The notes beneath the pieces were generated by a model that was not told the DNA's origin, made no database searches, and saw only the letters and a list, made by a program, of their open reading frames with translations. Of a stretch of DNA of 64,000 nt, positions 1 through 12,786 are shown one piece after another. How positions within the stretch are numbered: the stretch's first letter is position 1; every line of letters begins with the position of its first letter. Both the position numbers and the translations under genes were made by a program. Origin of the DNA: the human T2T-CHM13v2.0 reference genome, Homo sapiens. The stretch lies in NCBI RefSeq assembly GCF_009914755.1, contig NC_060945.1. One strand, written 5' to 3'.

Positions 1-94
1 GACAGACTGGAGGCTGTAGCCTGTGGCACCATGGCTGGCCTCCCTGCAGTTGGTGGTGACAGAGACTGTAGTGTGGCTGGAGCGGTAGGAAGGG

Positions 95-1390
95 GAAAAT
101 AGTTTTGGGATAGATGAAAGGGTAAAGAGGGTGGTTAGTGCCAAAAGGAAAAAAGGATGGCGAGCTGGAGAAGGCATTGCATAAAGACGGTGAGAAAAAG
201 ATGTTGGGAAAAAAAAAATTGGGGGTAGATGGAGGGGGAAAAACAGTGTAGTGAACAGGAGGGACAGAAGGTTTCACAGAAAGATGGTAGGGAAAAAGTT
301 TTTGGGTAGATGGAAGGGGGTAAGAGAGGGTCGTGAGTGGGGAATGGGGATGAGCAGGAAGGAGAGAAGGTTTGCAAAAATACGGTGGGGAGAGAAGAAA
401 GGGAAAGAAGACTGTAGGTAAAAAGATTTTGAGTAGATGGAGGGGGGAAAAGGGTGACAAGTGGAAGGAGAAAAGAGGGTGCAGAGAGGGAGGGGGAAGA
501 GAGAGTGGCGAGCAGGAGGGAGAGAAGGTTTTGTGAAAAGACAGTGAGGAGAGAAGCTTTTAGGTAGATGGAGAGGGAAAAGAGGGTGGCCAGTGGGAGA
601 AGGATAAAGAGGGTGGCGAGGAGGAAAGTGAAAAGGTTTTGCGAAAAGACGATAGGCAGAAAAGAAAGTGTAGAAAGAAAAGACAGTGGGTAAAAAGTGT
701 TTGGGTAGATGGAGGGAGAAAAGAGGGTGGCAAGTGGGAGGAGAATAGAAAGTGTGGCCAGAGGGAGTGGGGAAAGAGGACTGGGAAAAAGGCAATGGGG
801 AAAATAGTTCGGGGTAGATGGAAGGCAAAAAGAGGGTGGCAAGCAGGACAGAGGAAAGAAGAGGGTGAGCGGGAAGCGGGGAAGGCTTTGTGAAAAGGTG
901 GCAGGGAAAAAATTGGGGAGGTAGATGGGTTAAAAGAGCGTGGTGAGCAGGAGTAGAGAAGAGGCTTTGCAAAAAGACGGTGGGAAAATGTTTTTGGTAG
1001 ATGGAGAAGGGAAAGGGTGGCAAGGAGGACGGGAGAAAAAGACGATAGGGAAACAGTTTTTGGGTAGATGGAAGGGGAAAGAGAGGGTGGCGAGCAGCAG
1101 GAGTGGGGAGAAGGCTTTGGGAAAAGATGAGGGAAATGTTTTTGGGGAGATGAAGGAGCAAAAGAGGATGATGAGAGCGGGAGGTGGAAAAAAGGCTGGC
1201 CAGGGTGAGGGAGAAAAGACGGTGGGGAAAAGTTTTGGGGTAGATGGGTGGGGAAAACGGAAGTGAGCGGTATAGTATAGAAGGCTTTGCAAAAAGGCAG
1301 TGGGGAAAAAATGGTGGGGAAAAAGTTTTGAGGTAGATGGAGGAAGAAAAAGGGTGGTGAGAGAGGGAGCCAAAGATGGTCAGGGAAAAT
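95..1390. repeat. Purine-rich degenerate minisatellite, ~13 copies of TTTTGGGTAGATGGAGGGGGAAAAGAGGGTGG-like core, spacing ~65-140 bp
   Basis: Core (G)TAGATGG-like motif preceded by a T-run at ~102, 219, 299, 427, 557, 699, 808, 912, 991, 1057, 1139, 1233 and 1326; strong G/A skew on the + strand. Confidence 0.85.
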
Positions 1391-1460
1391 ATTCCTCCTG
1401 TTACTGATTTTTTAATACTCTTCCACTCTGCTCAGAAAAAATAACTGATATGATTTCAGG

Positions 1461-1769
1461 GTTTTTTTGTTTTGGTTTGGTTTGGTTTGGTTTTCTGAGA
1501 CGGAGTCTTGCTCTGTTGCCCAGGCTGGAGTGCAGTGGTGTGATCTTGGCAAACTGCCACCTCCACCTCCCCGGTTCAAGCCATTCTTTTGACTCAGCCT
1601 CCTGAGTAGCTGGGATTACAGGCATGCACCACGATGCCCAGCTAATTTTGCATTTTTAGTTCTAAATGGGGTTTCTCCATGTTGGTCAGGCTGGTCCTGA
1701 CCTCTGTTGATTGGCCCACCTCTGCCTTCCAAAGTGCTGGGATTACAGGTTTGAGCCACTGCACCTGGC
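1461..1769 (-). mobile_element. AluS
   Basis: Degenerate T-tail then GAGACGGAGTCTTGCTCTGTTGCCCAGGCTGG...GAGCCACTGCACCTGGC. Confidence 0.95.
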
Positions 1770-2267
1770 AAGGATGTTGAATTTTATTGAATATTTTTTT
1801 CTGCATCTATTGAGATAATCATATGATTTTTGTTTTAAATTCTGTTTATATGGTAAATCACATTTATTGATTTGCATATGTTAAATAGTCCTTGCATCCC
1901 AGGAATAAAACCCATGTAATCATGATGAATTACATCTTTGATATGCTGATGGATTTGGTTTGCTAGCATTTTGTTGAGGATATTTGCATCTATGTTCATC
2001 AGATATTGGCCTGTAGTTTGTTGTTGTTGTTTCCTTGCTAGATTTTAGTGTCAGGATGATACTGGTTTTGTAGAATGAGTTAGAGAGGAATTCCTTCTCC
2101 TCAATGTTTTAGAATGGTTGCAGTAAGATTGATACCATCTATTTTTTTGTGTGCTTGGTAAAATTCAGCTGTGAATTCATCTAGTCCTGGGCTTCTCCTG
2201 CCTGATAAATATTTTTATTACAAGTTCAATTTCATAATTAACTACTGGTCTGTTCAGATTTTTTTAA

Positions 2268-3258
2268 ATTTATAGAGAAAAAATATTTATTTGGTTTATA
2301 GTTGTGCAGGCAGTAGAAGCATGGGACCAGCACCTGCTCAGGTTTGGGTGAGACCTCAGAAAGCATCCAATCACAGAGGAAGGCAAAGTGAGGGCCAGTG
2401 TATCACGTGTCAAGAGAGAAATGAATAGCAAGAAGGGGAACATGGCAGGCTATTTTAAACAACCAGCTCTCGTGTGACACAACAGAGCAAGGACTCGCTC
2501 ATCACCAAGGGGATGGAGCTAAGCAAATTATGAAGGGTCCACCCCCATGATTCAACACCTTCCACTAGGCCCACCACCAACGTTTAAGATCACATTCAGC
2601 AAGAGATTTGGAGGGTAAACACATCCAAACAATGTCATTTCACCCCTATGCCCCCCAAATCTCATGTCCTTCTCATATTGCACAATACAATTATCCTCTC
2701 TCAGTAGTCCCCAAAAATCTCAAGCTGTTTCAGCATCAACTCAAAAGTCCGAAATCTCATCTGAGCTTCAAGGTACGTTCCTCCATCTGTGAGCCTATAA
2801 GATCAAAACCAAGGTATTTGCTTCCAATATTCAATGCAGTACAGGTGTTGGGTAAATATTCCAATTCCCAAATGGCAAAGTTGGGCAAAAGAAAGGGGCA
2901 ACAGACCTCAGGCAAATCGGAAACCCAGTAGGGCAAACATTAAACCTTCAAGCTCCAAAATAATTCTTGAGTTCATGTCCCGCATCCAGGGCACACTTGT
3001 GCAAGGGGTGGGTTCCCAAGACCTTATGCAGCTCTGCCTCTGTGGCTTTGCAGTGTACAGTCACCATGGCTGCTGTCTTGGATCAGAGTTGAGTGCCTGT
3101 GGTATTTCTAGGCTCAGGATGAAAGCTTCCCGTGGCTCTACCATTCAGGGATCTTGACGTGGCGGCCCCATTCCCACAGCTCCTGTAGGTAGTGCCCCAG
3201 TGGGGACTCTGTGTGGAGGCTTCAATCCCATATTTCCTGTTGGCACTGCCCTAGTGGA
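2268..3258 (-). mobile_element. MaLR MST-type LTR (2268-2638) plus adjacent internal sequence, truncated at both ends
   Basis: LTR terminus CACATCCAAACAATGTCA at ~2638 followed by MST/THE1-int-like sequence (CAAATCTCATGTCCTTCTCA...GGCACTGCCCTAG). Confidence 0.8.
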
Positions 3259-4828
3259 CTTTTGATTTCTTTCTGATTCAGTCTTGGAAGGTTGTGTGTT
3301 TCCAGGAATTTATCCATTTTCTCTAGGTTTTCTAGTTTATGCACACAAAGATATTCTGAGGATCTTTTTTTGTGTCAGTGGTATCCTTTGCAATGTCTCA
3401 TTTGTAATTTTTGATTGTGCTTATTGGAATCTTCTTTTTTCTTGTATAATCTAACTAGCAATCTATCATTTTTATGTGTCCTTGCAAAGAACCAACTTTT
3501 TAATTTTGCTGATTCCTTGTATGGTTTTTTTGGTCCCAATTTCATTAACTTATTCTCTAACCTTTGTTATTTCCTTCTACTAGCTTTGGGTTTGGTTTGT
3601 TCTTTTCTAGTGTGTTTGGCTATTTTAGCTTGTTAATTTGAGATCTTTCTCTCTTTTTATGTAGGCATTTAGTGTTATAAACTCTCCTCTTAACATTGTT
3701 TTTTCTGTATCCCAGACGTTTTGGTATGTTATGTTTCTATTTTCATTTGTTTCAGGAATTTCTTTAAATTTCTGCCTTAATTCTGTTATTTACACAAAAG
3801 TCCTTCAGGAGCAGATTGTTTAGTTTCCATGTACCTCTGTGGTTCTGAGAGTTCTTGATATTGACTTCTAATTTTATTCCACAGTGGTCCGAGAAGATAC
3901 TTAATATAGTTGTGATTTTTAAAAATTTACTGAGGCTTATTTTATGACTGAGCATGTGGTCAATTTTAGAGAATGTTCCATGTGCAAATGAGAAAAATGT
4001 ACATTCTGTGGTTTCTGCATGGAGTATTCTGTAGATATCTATTAGGTCTGTTTGGTCAAGGGCCCAATTTGAGTCCACAGTTTCATTGTTAGTTTTCTGC
4101 CTAATAATCTGCCTAACTAATCTGCTTACTGCTGTCGGTGGGGTGTTGAAGTCCTCCATGATTATTGTACAGCTGTGTATCTCTTTTCTTAGGTCTAGTA
4201 ATATTTATTCTAAAAATCTGGGTGCTCTAATGTTGGCTGCATATATATTTAAGACAGTTAAGTCTTCTCGTTGAATTGAACACTCCATCATTATATAATG
4301 TCATTCTTTGTATTTCTTTTTACTGTTGTTAGTTTAATGTCTGTTTTATCTGATACAAGAATAGCAATACCTCTCGTTTTTTGTTTTTCATTTATGTGAT
4401 GAATATTTTTCCATCCATTTACTTTGAGCCTGTTGGTATCATTACACATGAGATGGGTCTCTCAAAGGCAGCAGAAGTGTCTTCTTTTTTTATCCAGTTT
4501 GCCACTTTGTGTCTATTCAGTGGAGCATTTCAGCCATTTACATTCAAGCTTAATATTGATGTGTTAGGTTTTCTTCCTTTTATAGCGTTAGCTAGTTACC
4601 TTGTAGTCTCAATTGTTTAATTGCTTTATAGGTTCTGTACATTTTGTATTCATGTATGCTTTTATGGTAGCAAGTATCATTCTTTTATTTTCACGAGCCA
4701 AACTCCTTTAAACATTTCTTTTAGAGTCAGTCTGGAGGTAACGACTTCCTTTAGCATTTTCTTGTCTGGAAATACCTTATTTTCCTTTCTTTATGAAGCT
4801 CAGTCTGGCAGGTTATGAAATTCTTGCA

Positions 4829-5180
<352 letters not shown>

Positions 5181-5254
5181 CTAGGTTGCAGGGTTTCTGC
5201 TGATAAGTCAGTTGTTAATCTAATTTACTTTATAGGTAATTTGGCCCTTTGTTT

Positions 5255-8034
5255 GAGCCCATCGTCTGGGAGGTGAGGAACGCCTCTGCCCGGCCACCTT
5301 GTCTGGGAAGTGGGGAGCCCCTCTGCCCGGCCGCCCCATCTGGGAGGTGAGGAGTGCCTCTGCCCGGCCACCCAATGTCTGGGAGGTGAGGAGCGCCTCT
5401 TCCCAGCTGCCCCGTCTGGGAGGTGAGGAGCGCCTCTGCCCGGCCGCCCCATCTGGGTTGTGAGGAGTGCCTCTGCCCGGCCACTCTGCCCGGCCGCCCC
5501 GTCTGGGAAGTGGGGAGTGCCTCTGCCCGGCCACCCCATCCAGGATGTGAGGAGCGCCCCTGTCCGGCCACCACCCCATCTGGGAAGTGTGGAGCGCCTC
5601 TGCTGGGCCGCCCCATCTGGGAGGTGAGGAGCACCTCTGCCCAGCTGCCCCATCTGGGAGGTGAGGAGCGCCTCTGCCCGGCCACCCCGTCTGGGAGGTG
5701 AGGAGCACCTCTGCCCAGCCGCCCCATCTGGGAGGTGAGGAGCGCCTCTGCCCGGCCACCCCGTCTGGGAGGTGAGGAGCACCTCTGCCCAGCCGCCCCA
5801 TCTGGGAGGTGAGGAGCGCCTCTGCCTGGCCACCCCGTCTGGGAGGTGAGGAGCGCCTCTGCCCGGCCACCCCATCTGGGAAGTGTGGAGCGCCTCTGCC
5901 TGGCCGCCCCATCTGGGAGGTGAGGAGCGCCTCTGCCCGGCCACCCCGTCTGGGAGGTGAGGAGCACCTCTGCCCGGCCGCCCCATCTGGGAGGTGAGGA
6001 GTGCCTCTGCCCGGCCGCCCATCATCTTGGAGGTGAGGAGTTCCTCTTGCCGGCCGCCCAGTCTGGCAGTTGAGGAGCGCCTCTGCCCGGCCACCCGCTC
6101 TGGGAAGTGAGGAGCGCCTCTGCCTGGCAGCCCCGTCTGGGAAGTGAGGAGCGCCACTGCCTGGCTGCCCCGTCTGGGTTGTGAGGAGCGCCTCTGCCCG
6201 ACTGCCACCCCATCTGGGAAGTGGGGAGCACCTCTGCCCAGCTGCCCCGCCTGGGAAGTGAGGAGCACCTTTCTCCGGCTGCCCATCATCTGGGAGGTGA
6301 GGAGCACCTCTGCATGGATGACACACCATCTGGGAAGTGAGGAGTGCCTCTGCCTGGCCACCCATTGTCTGGGAGGTGAGGAGTGCCTCTGCCCGGCCAC
6401 CCTGTCTGGGTTGTGAGGAGCACCTCTGCCCGGCTCCCACCTTGTCTGGGAAGTGGGGAGCGCCTCTTCCGGGTTGCCCCATCTGGGAGGTGAGGAGTGC
6501 CTCCTTCCAGCTGCCCATCATCTGGGAGGTGAGGAGTGCCTCTGAACAGACGACACACAATCTGGGAACTGAGGGGCGCCTCTGCCTGGCTGCGCCATCT
6601 GGGAAGTGAAGAGCGCCTCTGCCCAGCTGCCCCGTCTGGGAGGTGAGGAGCGCCTCTGCCTGACCTCCACCCCATCTGGGAATTGGGGAGTGCCATTTCT
6701 CAGCCGCCCCATCTGGGAAGTGAGGAGCACCTTTCTCTGGCTGCCAATCATCTGGGAGGTGAGAAGCGCCTCTTCACGGATGACACACCATCTGGGAAGT
6801 GAGGAGCACCTCTGCCTGGCTGCCCCATCTGGGAAGTTAGGAGCACCTCTTCCTGGTCTCCCCATCTGGGAGGTGAGGAGCGCCTCTGCCCGGCCACCCC
6901 ATCTGGGAGGCGAGGAGCGCCTCTGCCTGGCCGCCCAGTCTGGGAGGTGAGGAGCGCCTTTGCCCAGCTGCCCATCGTCTGGGAGGTGAGGAGCGCCTCT
7001 GCCAGGCTGCCCCATCTGGGAGGTGAGGAGTGCCTCTGCCCAGCTGCCCTGTCTGGGAAGTGGGGAGCACCTCTGCCTGGCCGCGATGTCTGGGAGGTGA
7101 GGAGTGCCTCTGCCTGGCCGCCCCGCCTGGGAGGTGAGGAGTGCCTCTGCCCGGCCGCCCCCTCTGGGAAGTCAGGAGACCCTCTGCCCAGCCGCCCCGT
7201 CTGGGAAGTGAGGAGCACCTCTGCCCAGCTGCCCCGTCTGGGAAGTGTGGAGCACCTCTGCCCGGCCGCCCATCGTCTGGGATGTGAGAGGAGTGCCTCT
7301 GCCTGGCTGCCCTTCGTCTGGTAGGTGAGGAGTGCCTCTTCCCAGCCGCCCCATCTGGGAAATGAGGAGCACCTCTTGCCTGGTTGCCCCATCTGGGAAG
7401 TGAGGAGTGCCTCTGCCCAGCTGCCCCATCTGGGAAGTGAGGAGCGCCTCTGCCTGGCCGTTGTGCAATCTTCCAAGTGTGAAGTGACAGCCTTTCTGCA
7501 GGTGTACCCAACAGCTTCGAAGAGACAGCCACCATCGGGAACGGACCATGATGACGATGGCGGTTTTGTCAAAAAGAAAAGAGGGAAATGTGGGGAAAAG
7601 AAAGAGAGATCAGATTGTTACTGTGTCTGTGTAGAAAGAAGTAGACATAGGAGACTCCATTTTCTTCTGTACTAAGAGAAATTCTTCTGCCTTGGGATGC
7701 TGTTAATCTATAACCTTACCCCCAACCCCGTGCTCTCTGAAACATGTGCTGTGTCAACTCAGGGTTAAATGGATTAAGGGCGGTGCAAGATGGGCTTTGT
7801 TAAACAGATGCTTGAAGGCAGCATGCTCGTTAAGAGTCATCACCACTCCCTAATCTCAACTGCCCAGGGACACAAACACTATGGAAGGCTGCAGGGACCT
7901 CTGCCTAGGAAAACCAGAGACCTTTGTTCATGTGTTTATCTGCTGACCTTCTCTCCACTATTATCCTATGACCCTGCCACATCCCCCTCTCCAAGAAACA
8001 CCCAAGAATGATCAATAAATAATAATAAAAGAAA
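5255..8034 (+). mobile_element. 5'-truncated SVA (SVA_A-like): VNTR ~5258-7460, SINE-R ~7461-8020, short A-rich tail
   Basis: ~37-40-bp units CCGCCCCRTCTGGGAGGTGAGGAGCGCCTCTGCCCGG; HERV-K env/LTR-derived SINE-R (TGTGGGGAAAAGAAAGAGAGATCAGATTG...); AATAAA at 8014-8019; no CCCTCT hexamer or Alu-like domain. Confidence 0.95.
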
Positions 8035-8059
8035 GCATAGTGCATCACCCCAAGGGTAG

Positions 8060-8063
<4 letters not shown>

Positions 8064-8093
<30 letters not shown>
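8064..8093. repeat. (TG)n microsatellite
   Basis: Directly visible. Confidence 0.95.
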
Positions 8094-8095
<2 letters not shown>

Positions 8096-8934
8096 CGTGG
8101 ATAGTTTCTCCTAGCTAACCATAAGACAGGAACTTGGAGTCTTGGGACAGGAAGAGAGAAAAGAGGGGAGAAGTATCCTGAACCAAGTATAGAGTTGTCA
8201 ATCTCTTAACTAGAAGGTTCAATAGTTGGGATTTATTTCCACAAAACAAGGAAATTTGTGTTTTTATAAGTACATAAAAGTGTTCCTGTCTATCTAGGCT
8301 TGTACTTAAATGGGAGACTATAAACTCTATTGTCCAGTATTTTACTGAAAACTGTGTATGACACTCTACAGTCCATTGTGACATTCCTACAGCCAAGAAA
8401 AATAACTGAAAACACTGAACGTGTCAGGGATCCATGATAAGGATTCATTTCTGGAGCAAAGACTGGTCTTGTGAAGAAAGGACCTGTCCCCTTCTCATGC
8501 ATGGGATTCTACCCCCATCCCACACACCAGAAGCACTGCCAGGACATCTCTGCACTATGCTGTGAAGTGGGTGGTTTAGGGTACCATTGTTATATGACTT
8601 TTATCATTTTAGTTCTGTACATCCTATCTTGGGAAGTAAATTTTTGGTTATTTCTTTTCATTTTGCCTTTTCTTCTTGTTTAACTTTAAAATGGAAAAAG
8701 AAGCAAATGTTCACAATAAACTTTACTGTTTAATCTGAAAAAAAAAGAAAAACATTGCAGAATGACAGCCACAGTTTTAAAAATAAGCACATTATAAAGA
8801 TAATAAAATTGTAATAAAACTAATTATAATGAACATATAAAAGAAGTCTTCCCGTGGATAGTAGTATCATAAAACAATTTATATTATTTAACCAGTTATA
8901 GACTCACTGTTGGCATGTTACATTTAACACACAC

Positions 8935-9116
8935 TTGACTTTTGATTTGAAATCATTTCCTCATTAAATCCTGTATCTCACCTTTGAGATTAATGTGATA
9001 ATGTGATGTAGCCTCTATTGATGCCTCAGAGAGTGAGAATGTGATGTAACCTTTAGTGAAGCCTCACACTGTTTATTAAGATCAGCCAATTTTTTTTGAA
9101 GTTGTCTCACAATGAC
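8935..9116 (-). pseudogene. ANKRD30B-like last coding exon (VIVRQLQKK...SLRHQ*, stop at 9015-9017)
   Basis: Acceptor TTGTCAG|GTC at 9116; 33 open codons; candidate ancestral donor CAA|GTGTGT at 8935. Confidence 0.85.
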
Positions 9117-10401
9117 CTGACAAGACATTTTTTTGATTTTGTGAATCATCTTATCAAATTAACAATATTTACTTTCAAAAATATCCCCAAATATATTGAT
9201 TCAGTTTATTTTCTTCATTTGTGCACATTGCTGCTTGTTAGTGAATTTACTTAAGGACACAAGAAGGTGCAATCTTTCTGCCAAATTGGTACTGTCTTAC
9301 TAGACACAAGATTCATCTCACTAGTAATTTTTTCCCTTAATGAATCTGTAGTTCTTCACAACTTACTGAAGTCTCAAAAAAAAAAAGGCAGGACTAGTGG
9401 TGGTAAATTCTACACAGTGGAATTCTTTCCTTCTTCTGTATTAGAAGCACAAATCAACATCAAAGTTCCTCACATATTCAATCACCTGCTGAAAATTTTC
9501 CAATAGATTTTTATCTCAGAATAAAAGTAATTTTATTTCAAACTTTACAGGCCCTTGGTAACCTGGTCTCCACATCCCTCCTGACCTCAGCTCCTATGTT
9601 TCTCTCCTCTACTCACTTCTTTTGTACTATACATGAACCCTGCCACCCCTTATGAATTGAAAAATGGGGATCCAATGCAAAGCTAATAAATCACAGATAG
9701 CTACAATCATCTTTCTGTGGGACAAAGTTCTATCCACATGATAGTTTTTGAGCCTTGAAATAGAAATTATGAGCAAATGATTTGTAACAATATTCAAAAT
9801 AAATTATGAATACCAGTGGGGTGATTAAATCAAATTTGATATTGCTAAAATCCACTACATTTGTCCTAAGGTATTATTTAACAAAACACAGATGCCTTTA
9901 AAAAATTGAGGTTTTAACAATACATAATTTCAGATTCAAATATGTTCAGATTAAGTCAAATTGACATAAATGAAAATAAAATTCTACCAACTAAAATATA
10001 TAAAAAGCTACTAAAAAAGTGTTATTACAAGATGCAGAAATGTACACTTCAAAATATACTTCAAATACACTTCTGTTCCTCTGGAAAATTTAGAATTAAC
10101 TGTCAATGTAAATTGCTGAACTGAATCTTAATTTCAAAATACTAATTGCTGATATGGGCATTCCCATTTTTCTGCTTCATTGTAGTCAAAAAATGTGGCC
10201 ACAAAGAGACATTAAAACCTTTATTTCAGCAGTATAAGCCAATGTCATTAATGTTAATCTATTAAAAATCTTTAACTTAAACTCTTATAATTTCATCAGT
10301 GACACAATGCCTTTACTCAAAGTAAAACGTCTCTTAGCTTTCAATTTGGTGGAAATGAGGCATGTTTCTAAGCTGATATAGTAAGTACATTTATCATCTA
10401 T

Positions 10402-10457
10402 TTATACATATATATATACACACATATATATGTGTGTATATATATATACACACACAC

Positions 10458-10510
<53 letters not shown>
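10402..10510. repeat. Compound (TA)/(CA)/(TG) microsatellite
   Basis: Directly visible. Confidence 0.9.
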
Positions 10511-10511
<1 letters not shown>

Positions 10512-10588
10512 TCAACTAGATTCAGCATTTAGCCAAGGCCATTTTCTTTCAGGAAGGTTGAAAAGTATTTATATTTTTTGATACTTAC

Positions 10589-11501
10589 TTCTCTTTCTGC
10601 TTTCTCTTTTTCATATTGATCTATACATTCTTTTAAATGGTTACCATAATTGAATACCTCCTCATTTTTCTCTTTTAGATGACGTTGCATTTTCGTCTCA
10701 GGAAACTGAATATTAATTGTTACCTTGCTTTTGTTAACTTTCTTATGTGCATAAACTAATTGCTGTCGAAGCCACCTATTTTTGCTTTCTAGTTTAAATA
10801 ATTTCTGCTCCAGAGACTCCTGCTGTTCAGTGTGTTTGTCCACATTATCTTGTTCATTTTGATACATGTGTTCAGCTTTCTTCATTTGACACTGTGTTTC
10901 ACATCGGTCTCTTTGTGCATGTTCCGAAACCAATGCATTTTCTCTTAGATCATCTCCTGCATAATTGAGATTAATTTTTGGGCTTTTGGATATCCTTTGA
11001 GCTTCATAAAGTGGTTGATGGAGCACCTCATTGTTATATATTGTATTACTCACATCAACATTCATTATTCCTTGCAAATGAGCATCTCCTGCACTGTGGA
11101 AAGCAAGTTCTTGGTTTTTTTCTTGATGTGACACTTTGATCATGGTCTTGTAAAGCAGAAGCCAGTCTAGGATGGTGTGATTCAATTTCTGTCTCCAGTA
11201 TTTCTTTGTCTTGTTTTTCCTTCAATTTAGAAGTCAGCATCGTGTTCTCTGCTGTCAGAACTTTAAGCTGCTCTCTATACTGAGATGCCCTTTTTGTTAA
11301 TGTTTTCTGTTTCAGTTTTAGGGTCATTTGAAGTTCAGCATTCTTTTCTTGTAAAATCTTAATGTCCTCAAAGTATTTATTTTCCTTCACCTGGTGTTGA
11401 CGTTTCAGTGTGGCTACTTCCAGTTTTAGCATGGCAATTTCCTTTTTCAACATGCAATTTTCATGAAAGAGATCATTTTCACTTTCATGAGTGTGAGAAA
11501 C
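10589..11501 (-). pseudogene. Large coiled-coil exon (913 nt) with +1 frameshift in A7 run at 11115-11121
   Basis: TTTAG|GTTTCT acceptor, GAA|GTAAGT donor; ORFs 11055-11453 and 10529-11185 are consecutive parts of one protein in different frames. Confidence 0.9.
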
Positions 11502-12622
11502 CTAAATAAAACAAAATAAACATTTAACTAGCACTCAGTAAAATGGCATATCATAGTTCCTCTGAAATTAAAGAATAACTTGTAGGTTTATACAATGAAA
11601 GGGTTTTTATAAGTAGGTATCAGTTGAAGAACCATTGAATCAAAACTTCAAATGCTATAGAGCATAAATTCCCCAAAGTTCAAACATTTATTTGGAGACA
11701 ACGAATTCATGAAAGTAAAAGAGAAATGACTAGAGAATTTTTAAGAGCCTCAGAATTGAAAAAAAAACTTTCCCTGAATTACAACAAGCTCAAAAGCATA
11801 AAATAAAAGATTAATCAATTTGACTACATACGAAAATTGGGTTTACACTCTGATGTCTAACCTATACAAGATCCCATACTAAGAGCCTTAGTGCTACATA
11901 TATTTAGACAGATAAAATTTCTGGAAGCTCTTTCAGTTCCTTTTTCCTGAGAATATTCTCTAGATATTCTGTTTTTCTAAAAAATATAGTTAATTGTGAG
12001 AATTATATTTATGAATGTTTGATAAGTTGAGACATTGTAACAAGCACTTTTAGTTATCACAATTCTGAAAGGAAAAGATTAAAAATATAATCAAGTTGTA
12101 GGATTTTCTCCAAGTCTTCTGAGTCTACATCCAGGACTTCTCCACCAAATCTCAGTTAATTCTACTGGGTAAATATGTAAATATAAAAGAAGTCTTCTAT
12201 CTCAAAACAAAAGTGGTAAAGAAGATAAAATCTAGACAGCCCTACTTAGAAAACCATGAGCTTATTTACTACTACACTAACTTTTGCTTCCTCTTGATAA
12301 TGTTTGAGTCAGTATTAAATGTTAACTAGGAAAAATACACTAAACTATGTTGCTAGGAATAAAATACTTACCAATAAATTATCACTAAGTATATGGTAGG
12401 GATTATCATTATTTTCAAAAGCTCTTTGTACTGAAATAAGATACTATTTGCATGCCATAATTTATAATAAATAACTGTAGCTACAAAAGTTATAGTTAAT
12501 TTTAAGACAATACTTTTGTTTGATTTAGACCTGAAAAACACATACTAAATCAAAGGGATGTTAAAAGTAATACTGATGAAATAAAGTCAGAAATATAAAA
12601 TTTTTGCCAGAGATTGATTTAC

Positions 12623-12786
12623 CTGATTCAAATTACTTGTTACACTTTTCAATTCTATATCTTGTATTCTGAGAGCCTGTTCAAGTTGTTGTTTCACTTC
12701 TAACTTTTTCCTAAGTTGCTCTTCAGGTCTAATTTTTTCTTTTAATATATCGACATCTCTTCTCTTCTTCTTGATTTAAAGTCAAT
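12623..12786 (-). pseudogene. Exon LTLNQEEEKR/..VDILKEKIRPEEQ...NLNQ, 164 nt, frameshifted (probable 5-nt deletion near 12756)
   Basis: GCAG|A acceptor, CAG|GTAAAT donor; length is 3n+2 where flanking phases require 3n+1. Confidence 0.85.

Noticed and set aside
135-1373. 235- and 295-aa Leu/Pro/Phe/Ser-rich ORFs
   Set aside because: Artefact of the pyrimidine-rich strand of the minisatellite
95-1390. Repeat-spacer appearance resembling a CRISPR array
   Set aside because: Repeats are degenerate, spacers resemble each other and vary widely in length, there are no cas genes, and the DNA is primate
5220-7675. Many long ORFs (up to 446 aa) on both strands
   Set aside because: Translations of the stop-poor GC-rich SVA VNTR; repetitive in all frames with no gene context
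10402-10510. Nested palindromes in the TA/CA/TG tract
   Set aside because: Expected from adjacent complementary dinucleotide repeats
10529-11453. Functional ANKRD30B or ANKRD20A gene
   Set aside because: Multiple frameshifts, a stop and no 5' exons; peptide motifs match ANKRD30B rather than ANKRD20A
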